Below, piece by piece: positions 39,070 through 51,136 of a stretch of DNA of 64,000 bases. The notes beneath the pieces were generated by a model that was not told the DNA's origin, did not search any database, and was given only the letters and a program-made list of their open reading frames with translations. Location of the stretch: the NCBI RefSeq assembly GCF_006345805.1, contig NC_043008.1:11780001-11844000 (forward strand), read 5' to 3'. A program made the position numbers and the translations under genes. The DNA comes from Octopus sinensis. Lineage: Eukaryota. Position 1 is the first letter of the stretch. Each line of letters begins with the position of its first letter.

Positions 39070-39445
39070 GTAAGTAGCTTGCTAACCAACCACATGGTTC
39101 CGTGTTCAATCCCACTGCGTGGCATCTTGGGCAAGTGTCTTCTGCTATAGCCCCGGGCCGACCAATGCCTTGTGATTGGATTTGGTAGACGGAAACTGAA
39201 AGAAGCCTGTCGTATATATGTATATATATATATGTATGTGTGTGCTTGTGTGTCTGTGTTTGTCCCCCTGGCTTTGCTTGACGGCCGATGCTGGTGTGTT
39301 TACGTCCCCGTCACTTAGCGGTTCGGCAAAAGAGACCGATAGAATAAGTACTGGGCTTACAAAGAATAAGTCCCGGGGTCGATTTGCTCGACTAAAGGCG
39401 GTGCTCCAGCATGGCCGCAGTCAAATGACTGAAACAAGTAAAAAA
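39065..39445 (+). mobile_element. S2 CORE-type tRNA SINE, near full length
   Basis: gtggcatcttgggcaagtgtct resembles the CORE domain; internal microsatellite; tail ending gactgaaacaagtaaaaa. Confidence 0.88.
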
Positions 39446-40094
39446 ATATATATATATCACAATTGAAAATATTAATAAAATGAATGATATACGATCCAGT
39501 CAGTCTTCATATTGTCCTTAATCATTTAAGTTGCGCAAATTACTAAGACATCAATACATATGTTACAGAAAAATATATTACAAATGCAACAGTCGAGTTA
39601 TGAGGTATTTGGTCTGGATTCATGTACCTGGACAATAAATTACTGTCAACGACGGGACCTTTAAATAGTGAATCGACCTTTTACAAACAGTAGCCTCATC
39701 TCTCTCTCTCACAAATCAATAGCTGCCGTCTAAAATAGTCAAAGGATTATATTATGGTTTGTATTTCTGAATACATCTAAAAGAGGAGATGGTTTGAGCT
39801 GAAATGCCTCTTTGATCCCTTCGCCGTTCAGTTAGAGCTGACATGAAGCCAGATAATGGCGACAATATTTAAATATATCTCACAATAGTGGAAGGGGAGA
39901 ACTAGATAGATACTTAAAGGATGAAGGAAGAAATAAAGATTTGAAGGATTTGAGCTGGAGAAGGAGAAATTATGACTTATGATAGAAAGACTCGAAGAAA
40001 TATCTGAATCTGTTAGCTGCTATAGTAATAGTGACTTAATAGTATTCAGTAATGGCACGTAAAAATAAACGTAAGAATAAAATTAAAAGTTTGA

Positions 40095-40488
40095 TGGTGG
40101 TGGTGGAAGCACTCCGTCGGTTACGACGACGAGGGCTCCGGTTGATCCGAATCAACGGAACAGCCTGCTCCTGAAATTAACGTGTAATTGGCTGAGCACT
40201 CCATAGACACGTGAACCCTTAACGTAGTTCTCGGGGATATTCAGTGTGACACAGAGAGTGGCAAGGCCGGCCCTTTGAAATACAGGTACAACAGAAACAG
40301 GAAGTAAGAGTGAGAGAAAGTTGTGGTGAAAGAGTACAGCAGGGATCACCACCATCCCCTGCCGGAGCCTCGTGGAGCTTTAGGTGTTTTCGCTCAATAA
40401 ACACTCACAACGCCCGGCCTGGGAATCGAAACCACGATCCTATGACCGCGAGTCCTCTGCCCTAACCACTGGGCCATTGTGCCTCCAC
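40095..40488 (-). mobile_element. SINE S1, tail type c
   Basis: Same tRNA-like head as 17480-17776 but a different 3' tail (ccccgagaactacgttaagggt...gtaaccgacggagtgc). Confidence 0.8.
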
Positions 40489-40559
40489 TGATGGTGGTAT
40501 AAAGAAGAGAACTGAAAGGGGACCCTTCCAATGTGTATATTTAAGGGTACAGAGCTAAT

Positions 40560-40812
40560 ATAATACCACCCGTGGCCTAGTATGGCCGAATCAGTAAGAC
40601 TTTCGCTTCGTTTTCACGAGGTACCGGGTTCAATACAATCATGTGCCATTAAAAAAAAAAAATCGTCTACTGTTATGTTCTGAGTTCATATTCCGCCGAG
40701 GTCGACTTTACCTTTCATCCTTTCAGGGTCGATAAATTAAGTACCAGTTACGCACTGGGGTCGATGAAATCGAATTAATTCCTTTGTTTGTCCTTGTTTG
40801 TATCCTCTGTGA
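40560..40812 (+). mobile_element. S3 SINE copy
   Basis: ttctgagttcatattccgccgaggtcgactttacctttcatcctttcagggtcgataaattaagtacc. Confidence 0.8.
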
Positions 40813-42109
40813 AAAATATATAATACCTCATAAAGAGAGAAAACGAAACGAACTCTTAAAATAAGTTCGGAAGTAAATGAACTTGCAAGTTTAGATAGGG
40901 TGGAACCGAAAACGAAAGTACACGAAGTAAAACCAGTGCTTTCAATTGAAGCTGTTATTGATAGGATGTAATTACTTCGTGGAAAGAGAGGAATTACAAT
41001 GAATTAAAAAGGAACACAGGAAACTGTTTACAATGAACAATGGTGAATATTGAAAGGTATTTGAAACGAGATAATGAAGTTTGATTCTGTGATTCAGGTA
41101 ACATAGATTATCTAATCAAACGTAAACGGCTTTATCTTCATGTGAATCCTGGCATGTCTCGCGCGGTTAAGAAGTTCATTTTCCAACTAAATGCTTTCCA
41201 GTTTAATCACATTGAATGGTGCCTTAGATTAGTGTCATAATGTCCTCTGACTTAATTTCCGGTCGACTTAAGATGTGCGAGTGATATTTGGTTGACTGAA
41301 TCTGATTTAAAAGTTCGCCCGCGGAATAATTACTGTTCTAGCCTGGTCATTTTAATCTGTTACACTGTGAAAAATAACCATCTGAGCTCTAGGTACATTT
41401 AGCCCAAATGCACCTGTCTGAGAGGAAAATATAAATCAACGATGTCGTAATATATTATCTGGCGCAACATATCATAACAGATTCGTCATAGCTGTTGATA
41501 CTGAGTGGAGTAAGTAGGATGGGTCATACACATTCTCTCCACCTAAATCCATAAAACAACTCTGCTATTCTCATTGTAAATACATGGCTACATAGATAAA
41601 GAGGTCATTATGAAACATTCAGTTACAGAGATCAAAGGCTGAGGAGAACAATGATAAATGTTTTTAAACCAACTGAACAACATATCACCGGAGTGGTGAC
41701 ATACAGATATCAAACTATAAGGACCTCGAAATGGGCCTTACAGCTGTTTCCAGGATATTTATTATATCCCTTCATCGGAGACGGTATGAGAAAATGGTAA
41801 AGCAATAGTTAATTTAGATACGATACGAAATAGAGAGTGAAGTGGAGGAATGAAAATAGATGTGAGATATGCAGGGATATTGCATTTGTAGATCCATTAC
41901 TTAGGCAGAATGGTATACATATAACATTCCAATAACTTGTGAGTAAATTCCAATAGTATTTAAATTTGGTCATTCCAAGTATAGAGTTTGTACACAGTGC
42001 TATTGAATCGAAGGTTTTATTTAAAGTACTTTAAATATAAATAAAGCTGCGAAACGAACACTAGTTCGTGTGATATGGTATTTTTTTTATTCTTTTACTC
42101 TTTTATTCT

Positions 42110-42480
42110 ATTATTTTTTTTTACTTGTTTCAACCATTTGACTGCGGCCAGGCTGAATCAGCGCCTTAAAGGGCGTTAATCAAACAAATCAACCCCAAGA
42201 CTTATTCTTTGTAAATCTAGTACTTATTCAATCGGATCTTTTGTCAAGCCGCTAAGTTACGGGGACATAGACACACCAGCATCGATTGTCAAGTGATGCC
42301 GGGCGGGGAGGAGGGTAGGTCAAACACAAACACAGACACCCAAACACACACATATATATTTATATACGACGGTCTTCTTCTAGCTCCCGTCTACCAAATT
42401 AAGTCACAAGGCTTTGCGTAAGGTGCTACTCAACCATGTGGCTAGGAAGCAAGCTTGTCACCACACAGCTACGACTGCGC
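42110..42480 (-). mobile_element. S2 SINE, degenerate
   Basis: Reverse-complement tail and head motifs. Confidence 0.7.
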
Positions 42481-43091
42481 CTGTGAAAATATTTACTAAT
42501 CAATACCATTGACCCTTAATTGGGGTTACGATTGCACAACATCAAGTGTCGAAAGAAGTTGTGAAAAGCGTTTTCGACTGAGGTTGGAGAGCGACATTTT
42601 TATTGTCATATAAAACAAATTGAGGCCGTGTCACTAAGTAAACACCTTTGATATATAACGATAATGTTTTAGTTCCCAGTGATGGTGTATTTGACTAACA
42701 CTTCATCTCAATTCTATTTCAGTGAGAAAATTAGGAGACAAAAAAAAATAAATGAAAAAAGAAAAGAACCGCGGGCTGGCGGGGTGATTGGAGACGTCTG
42801 GTTGTTGGAAATAAAAATATTTAGAGAAAAAATATTCAAGGATACAATTTACTTTCTTCTAATTTATGTTAGAATTTGAAACTTGTTGTTTTACACACAC
42901 ACACACTCACACATAGAACACACACATTTGTGTGTATACGCATGTTTGTATGTGTTGTTTGTGTTCACGTATGAATGTGTTTCCGCGTCAGTTTGTTTAT
43001 TTATATGTTCGTATACATGTGAATGTGTGTATGTACATATATATGCATTCACGAACAAACATACACACAGATACACACACAAACACAGAGG

Positions 43092-43227
<136 letters not shown>

Positions 43228-43776
43228 TATATATATATATATACATATATATCCATGTTTAAACAAAGAGAAAGTGTTGGGGGAGCGAAAGATAGGTATA
43301 TGTGATAGAGAAATAGAGAACTTGAGGCGGAAGGGTAAAGGGGAGATGGGGGAGATGGGGAAGAGGAGGAAGAGAAAGCGTGGGAGAAGATTAATGAGGT
43401 TGGCAATATGGTCCCTATTTTTTTTTAGAAAGACGTAACTCAGTTCCTCATTAGATGCGGCCTGAGTGGATGAAGAAACTGGGCGCCAGCTTATCTTTAC
43501 CGGTCGCAATAATTTACACTACACGGAGTGAATATTCTCTGTTGCCATTTTGTATATCTTATTCCATGGATGTTTGTAGTAGCATATCCAAATAGATTTT
43601 ATAAGTGTCACTATGGACATTACATATAACACTTATATCTATGTATATCATTATTCAGTTTTATGTATGTATGCATGTATGTATGTATTTGTGTGTATGT
43701 ATGCATGCTTGTGTGTTTCTGTGTATGTATGTTTGTATATAAGCATCTATTTATCTATCTATCTATCTATCTATCT

Positions 43777-43869
<93 letters not shown>

Positions 43870-43870
43870 A

Positions 43871-43943
<73 letters not shown>

Positions 43944-44289
43944 CGTCCACTCGTGACCGAGGAAGGCCATTGCCGACCTTCAGGAATAGTGTGCGCTCTA
44001 GGACTAACTTATATTTTGCATTTGCATATATATATATATATCTGTCTTTCAGTCAGTCAGCTTGTCTGTCAGTCTGTCTGTCTGTCTGCCTGTCTCTCTT
44101 TATGTATCTCTCGTATATGCGATCACGGTCATCGCTTATTAGCTTTAATCTTATAAAATATTAATATTATTACTTACAGAATTGTAAAAATCGACGCTGC
44201 TTACCAAAAACTATGCATTTGTCTGGCTGTCTGTAAATCTAGCCATACATCCATCCCTCCATCCGTCCATCCATCCATCCATCCTTCCA

Positions 44290-44460
44290 TCCATCCAAAG
44301 AGCTCCTTTTATTTACATTCCATCAAATCCACTCAGAAGACTTTGGCGAACTCAGGGCAGTAGTAGATCACACTTGCCTTAGATGTAGGGCAGATACACT
44401 GACCCCGGAAACATCTGGTTGAGAAATAGACTCCTTACCCCACGGCCATTTCTTCGCCTA
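44290..44460 (-). mobile_element. S2 SINE head fragment
   Basis: caaatccactcagaagactttgg...cacacttgcct. Confidence 0.55.
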
Positions 44461-44739
44461 GAAGCAGACAGTGAATTACAGACAGATAGATGGATAGAAA
44501 GACAGATAGACAGAGATAGAGGGCGAGTGAAAGAAACAGAGAGATAATATGAGAGATAAAGACGAAGTAAGAAATAGAGAGAGAGAGAGAGAGAGTGAGA
44601 GTGTGTTTTAGAGAACAGAGAGAGAGCGAGAGATTGAGAGAGACAGAGAGAACATGTGCTTGTCTCCGTTCAGTATATTACAAAGCATGAAATACATAAT
44701 TATAAGCTGAATAAATACATTCTTAAATGTTGATAGTAA

Positions 44740-45045
44740 GCCCGAAGCGAAAGTGTAGCAGCAATGTAAGAACTTTGCTTCCCAAACCTCTAGTTCCGTG
44801 TTCAATCGCACTGCATGGCGTATGGGGCATGTATCGTCCATCGGGCTGACCAAAGCTGAAAGAAACCCACCGTATATGTATATGCTTTACAACCGACGTC
44901 CGTATGTTTACGTTCCCATGAAATAGTGGTACATCAGCAGAGACCATTTGAATAAGTACCAGGCTTTGCAATAAACGAATAAGGAAACTATTTCAAGGCG
45001 GTGCCCCAGCATGACCGCAGCCTAATGAGTGAAACAATTAAAAGA
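44740..45045 (+). mobile_element. S2 SINE, degenerate
   Basis: gttcaatcgcactgcatggc...gcggtgccccagcatgaccgcag. Confidence 0.7.
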
Positions 45046-45394
45046 TAAAATACATAGATTTAATCTTTAACTGAATCCGGAAAAATGAACGTGACAATGT
45101 CTTCCGTCTTTTGGAAATTTCTTCACTACCTGGGAAATAAATATTCTGAAATACCTGTTGACGTAACTGGAGGAGGTGTGTAGCTTGCTGAAGTCTTCGT
45201 ATGAGAATATTCTTTCATCATAAACGAAATTCAAAAGCAAAACGGGACATTTAAATACGGATGCGGGCGGAGATTTTAAGAAAAGGCCTACACAATTGTA
45301 TTGATTCCAGCACTTGTTGATATCACATCGGTGGTTCTTGGCTCACGTCTTCGAATTCTGAGCCTTCAAAGAAATGTTTTTTGCCTGATTTCAG

Positions 45395-45442
45395 ATTTTC
45401 GGGAAGTGAATTTATCAAGCGAGACACAAATATGCAGAACAC
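45395..45442 (+). other. Candidate 48-nt internal exon (unverified)
   Basis: Acceptor tgtttttttgcctgatttcAG, donor AC|GTGAGT, length divisible by 3, two open phases; peptide not recognised. Confidence 0.25.
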
Positions 45443-46288
45443 GTGAGTCTTGTAAGTTCCATTATACTGCTGCAGTATGTGTGTGCACATTTAAGATCCA
45501 TTGAGACTAGATGCTTTCAGATCAAGGAATACCAGAGCAGAAAGCCAAATTTACGCCTACATTTAGCGGAAAATACGAAGAAAGATTATACTAATTATGT
45601 ATAAATAATTCAAATATAATTTATACATGAATACTTATGTACAAATATATTTATATAAATGTATACGTGTTTGTATATAAGAATGCATATGTAAATAATT
45701 ATCAATATCCGTATATATGTGTGTTAATGTATGTATGTGCATGTGTATGTGTGCAGGTGTATGTATGCGAATGGGTGTATGTATGCATATATACGTCCGC
45801 GTGTACACGCACACATACAAACACATACACATAGAGACACAAACACAGACAGAGGCAAACAGGCACACACGTGAACGCACATTCACACACATGCACACAC
45901 ACACATACACACACATATATGTGAGTCACGTGTTCTATTCCTTAGAGTTACGGAGCCATGTTTTATTTTCTGGGACGATCTTGTTGCGATAATTCTGATT
46001 CTATTTCTATCCGAGCCTGGCTATTTTAAATCTCAGTTGATATTCTAAAATCTGTCAGCACAAACTGGATTTATTTTGAAATGATTTTTAAAGGAAATAT
46101 TCGAGCCGACTAGTCTGAAATATATTTGTGTTCTATTACAATTGAGACCTATTCTACAGACAACCTGGCACCATTTCAAGAGGAAGGATGTTACACGGAA
46201 TAAATAATAAGTACAAGGAATTGTCCCAAAACGCAAGATAAGAACTTTGGCACAAATTATCAGCAATCGGCTAGGTAATGTATGTCTG

Positions 46289-46381
<93 letters not shown>

Positions 46382-46382
46382 T

Positions 46383-46477
<95 letters not shown>

Positions 46478-46569
46478 TTATCTATCTAGGTCTGTCTGTC
46501 TTTCTATCTGTCTGTCAGTTTGTCTGTTTCTCGATATATACATATATATGTATACATGCACACACACAC

Positions 46570-46606
<37 letters not shown>

Positions 46607-46849
46607 CATACATGGATATGTATACATATATATATTCATATGAGAGTGTGTGTGTATGTATATATATATATATATAGAGAGAGATTTTTAGAGATATATA
46701 TTAGCATATATATATACATGTGTTTAAGTATATACATATACATCTGCATAGAATTGCGTGATATATGTGTGTCCGTCTGTCTATGTGTATATAAACACAC
46801 ATCTAAATATATAAATATCTATGTATCTATCAATATATGTTTATGTATG

Positions 46850-46883
<34 letters not shown>

Positions 46884-46919
46884 GTATATATATATATATG
46901 TATATATATATGCACATTT

Positions 46920-46960
<41 letters not shown>

Positions 46961-47469
46961 AGAAGTATATATATATACCTATACATATATACATACATAT
47001 ATGTATATATATGTGCGTATTTTTGTATATACATATATTCTATACACACATATATATGTATATATATATATGTAAGTGAACATATCAGTATACGTGTACA
47101 TATTAACGTTTGTTTCTTCGTGTGAGTGGGATTATGATTTGTGTTAATGCGTTAATGCGTGTGTATCTGTGTGTATTTACACATCTACCTCCACTAATCT
47201 CTAACTACTTTGACTATCATATGAAACATTTATAACTAACGTAATATTTTAATCAACAGAAATGTATAATTGAATAAAACGTTGTCTAGCACTTTTCTAG
47301 ACAACGTTTTTTATGTGTTGTATATAAGAATAAGCGATTCCTCGGTAATGTAATAATAATAGAAAGTATTTCAAATTTACCACAGGCATTGTATACGATG
47401 AGATATTTCGAATACCATGTAGAAGAAAAGTATCTGGATACCTACACATAAGCGGTTGTGAAAAGTGAA

Positions 47470-47635
47470 ACAGGTAGGCGTAGGAGTGACTGTGTGGTAA
47501 GAAGCTTGCTTCCCAATCACATGGTTTGGGGGTCAGTGCTACTGTGTGGCACCTCGGGCCAGTATCTTCTGATATGGTCTCGGGGCGACCAAAGCCTTGC
47601 GAGTGGATTTGGTAGCCGGAAACTGAAAGAAGCTG

Positions 47636-47671
<36 letters not shown>

Positions 47672-47990
47672 AGAAGGTCGTGTATGCATATATAAAACAA
47701 TGTCGTGTGTGTGTGTGTGACTAGTTCTGTGTGTGTGTGTGTGTCTGAGTATGCATGTATATATATATATCTATGTGTGTGTTGCTCTGTGACTGTGTTC
47801 CTCCCCCATAATTACCACCGCTTGACAGACGCTTACGTCCCCGTAACTTAGGAGTTCGGCGCAACAGGCCGATAGAATTAGTGCCAAGCTCTTAAAAAAT
47901 AAGTACTCAACAAAAGTATTCAACAAAATGTCTTCAAGCCGGTGACACGGCATGACCGTAGTTTGACTGCGGAAAGAAGTAAAAAATAAA
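47470..47990 (+). mobile_element. S2 SINE with expanded internal microsatellite
   Basis: ggcgtaggagtgactgtgtggtaagaagcttgcttcccaatcacatgg... and tail at 47790-47990. Confidence 0.8.
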
Positions 47991-48029
47991 ATATAGAAGT
48001 AAAGATATTTATATGAAAATAAGCAGTAA

Positions 48030-48410
48030 AGTTGATTAAAGCGACCCCAGTAGGTAACTGGTACTTAATTTATCGACGCCGAAAGGATGAAAGGCAAAGT
48101 CGACCTCGGCGGAGTTTGAACTCAGAACCTAGCGGCGAACGAAATACCTATTTCTTTACTACCCACAAGGGGCTAAAAAGGTCTGCCGCTACGTTCTGAG
48201 GTCGGCCTTGCCTTTCATCCTTTTGGGGTTGATTAAATAAGTACCAGTTACGCACTGGGGTCGATATAATCGACTTAATCCGTTTGTCTGTCCTTGTTTG
48301 TCCTCTCTGTGTTTAGCCTCTTGTGGGCAGTAAAGAAATAGGTATTTCGTCTGTCTTTACATTCTGAGTTGAAATTCCGCCGAGGTCGACTTCGTTTTTC
48401 ATCCTTTCAG
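48030..48410. mobile_element. S3 multimer with 5' inversion (minus segment 48030-48178, plus segment 48181-48410)
   Basis: Both segments cross the monomer junction gaaataggtatttcgtc. Confidence 0.8.
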
Positions 48411-49224
48411 TTGTTAATTGCGATAAATCTGTTTTGTATTTTTAACGAGAAGCGTTCTTTACGTAACATACCCCTTTAGTAAGATATGATATTGGATCCT
48501 GCTTTTATTTGACTAACTACATTCCATAACAATTACACATATACACACACACACGCCCGCATATATCTGTGCATTAAAAATCATATTTTTCTTAATGATA
48601 GAGAATATGTAGCTATATTCAGCAAAGACAACAACAACAACAACAACAATAGTATTTGCAGATCTTCTTGTAACATCTGATCATTATATGTTACATACTG
48701 CGTATAATTTTTTATTTTTTTATATTATAAATATTTCGGGGGAAAAAAACTTGACGTGATCTATATATGTAGCTCCATGATAATGATATACCGCGTAATT
48801 GTATCAATAGCTTTAGGTCTGCCTGTAACATTTAATTAGATTCTAACATAATAATAAATAGTATTTGTTTACGGAAACTCATGTGTTTCCTCTATAGACA
48901 TTGATATTGTGATTACATCTACAGTTATATAATATGCAATATATAGCACTGGATCTGTATATAATAAAGTATTATAGCTTTCTCTGAGAAGCAATATAAT
49001 TGTAGCTTGAAATCATAACAATGGTCGGCAGACCAATTACAGACGAATACTCAACGCGATTGTTGTTTCAGGTAGACTTCAATTTTCTTATGCTTCCCCA
49101 TGGGAATACAAACTGCAAATCGAGAAGAGGTTCAGTTGACAATGCAAAATATACTTCTTGAATGATGCAGAAAGATTGGAATATGCACTTTACACTCGTG
49201 CGTGTATTGCTTACATCTCTCTAT

Positions 49225-49457
<233 letters not shown>

Positions 49458-49764
49458 GATGGCAGAGACCACCCATTGTGTTTCGACATCAAATGGTATG
49501 TTTTTTATTTGGACTTTCGTGACCCTTTTTGTTTAAATAGACTGGTATCATTACCAAGTCGTCCGAATGTAGCTCCAATGTGGAAAAACGTTTTGCTAAA
49601 CTTTCGTTGAGGAAACGTACTTGGACTGTACCAAATTTGTTTCCCCAACTGATATATTCCTTGGAGTCCCATACAGGACGAAGGCATTTATCGATTTTTT
49701 CCTGCGGTGCATTTTCTGTTCTTCTTGTTTTTGTTTATACTTTACAATAATTTTAAAGTAATAA

Positions 49765-51120
49765 ACAAAAAAAACAAGAAGAACAGAAAATGCACCGCAG
49801 GAAAAAATCGATAAATGCCTTCGTCCTGTATGGGACTCCAAGGAATATATCAGTTGGGGAAACAAATTTGGTACAGTCCAAGTACGTTTCCTCAACGAAA
49901 GTTTAGCAAAACGTTTTTCCACATTGGAGCTACATTCGGACGACTTGGTAATGATACCAGTCTATTTAAACAAAAGGGTCACGAAAGTCCAATAAAAAAC
50001 ATACCATTTGATGTCGAAACACAATGGGTGGTCTCTGCCATCTGCTTTGAAATGTCAGAGACAATGTCAGAGACAAACATCCTGGAAATCGCGGTTCTAG
50101 GAGAGAAAGACTATGTGGGCAAATCAATCGAATTCCTGCTTCAATTGGATGCAGCAGCAAGAGAGAAGATACCACCGCTATAGAACTGCCAGGAGGCTAC
50201 AAACTCTATATAGTGGTAGAGGGCAGGCGACCACGCTGCTATTTGTGTGGAAGCGAAACACACTTGAAAAAGACGTGCCCAACCACTGCACACCAAGAGC
50301 AACAACAACAACCACTACCACAACAAAAGCACTCCGGAAAAAAAGCTCTACTACCCACACCACCATCAACACAGAAGACGACAAGAGAAGCACACCAAGC
50401 TAATCCGTCATCAACCAAAAACCACTCGACACCTGGAAAAATACCAACACTACCATCAACAGCAAAACCCAAAGGAACAGAAAAACAAAGAAAACACACA
50501 CAAACTGATCCCCCATCCCTTATACCGCACTCAACACACACAAACACTCAACAACCAACAACAACGAAAACAACAACACAACCACTTACACAGACATACA
50601 TAGAAGCCCACAACATACCCCTACCCCCTTCTGATTCCTCAGAAATTTCGTCGGAAGACGAACCAGTGAGGAATGGCAAATAGCTACAAAAAGAAGGAAA
50701 ATAAAGAGCAGAAACACAACCAAACCAAATGCAACACGAACAAAGCAGGGGGAAATACATCTCCCGAAGACATTTCAAAACCCAACGCAAACAACAGCCA
50801 CACCAACACCACAAAACATATACAGCAAACATGCTCACAGCCATAGACACCAAAAACCAAATTTGATGGAATACATCCAATCAAAAACAAACATAACAGA
50901 AGATGACATAAAAACAAACAACCACCCATACACACACACCAGACCACATCAAAATAACACACATCTCCAAAAGTCTGCACCACACACTCAAAGGTATTTT
51001 CCCCAGTGCGGTTGGTAAATGCCAAAAATATCTCACAAAGAAACTGTACTGGGATCTTCTCGAGGACAAACCAACGGAGGAGAAAGCAAAAACTTTCGAG
51101 CAGTAGTAACCCTCTGTATT
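49765..51120 (+). pseudogene. LINE ORF1 (gag-like, CCHC zinc knuckle), frameshifted, probably 5'-truncated
   Basis: QEKIDKCLRPVWDSKEYISWGNKFGTVQVRF...KVQIKNIPFDVETQWVVSAI...YIVVEGRRPRCYLCGSETHLKKTCP followed by a T/Q/K-rich low-complexity tail. Confidence 0.8.
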
Positions 51121-51136
51121 CTAATTCATTAGAACT

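Noticed and set aside
47276-47310. 14-bp perfect hairpin aaaacgttgtctag/ctagacaacgtttt
   Set aside because: Isolated, with no family or context; several such short hairpins are expected here
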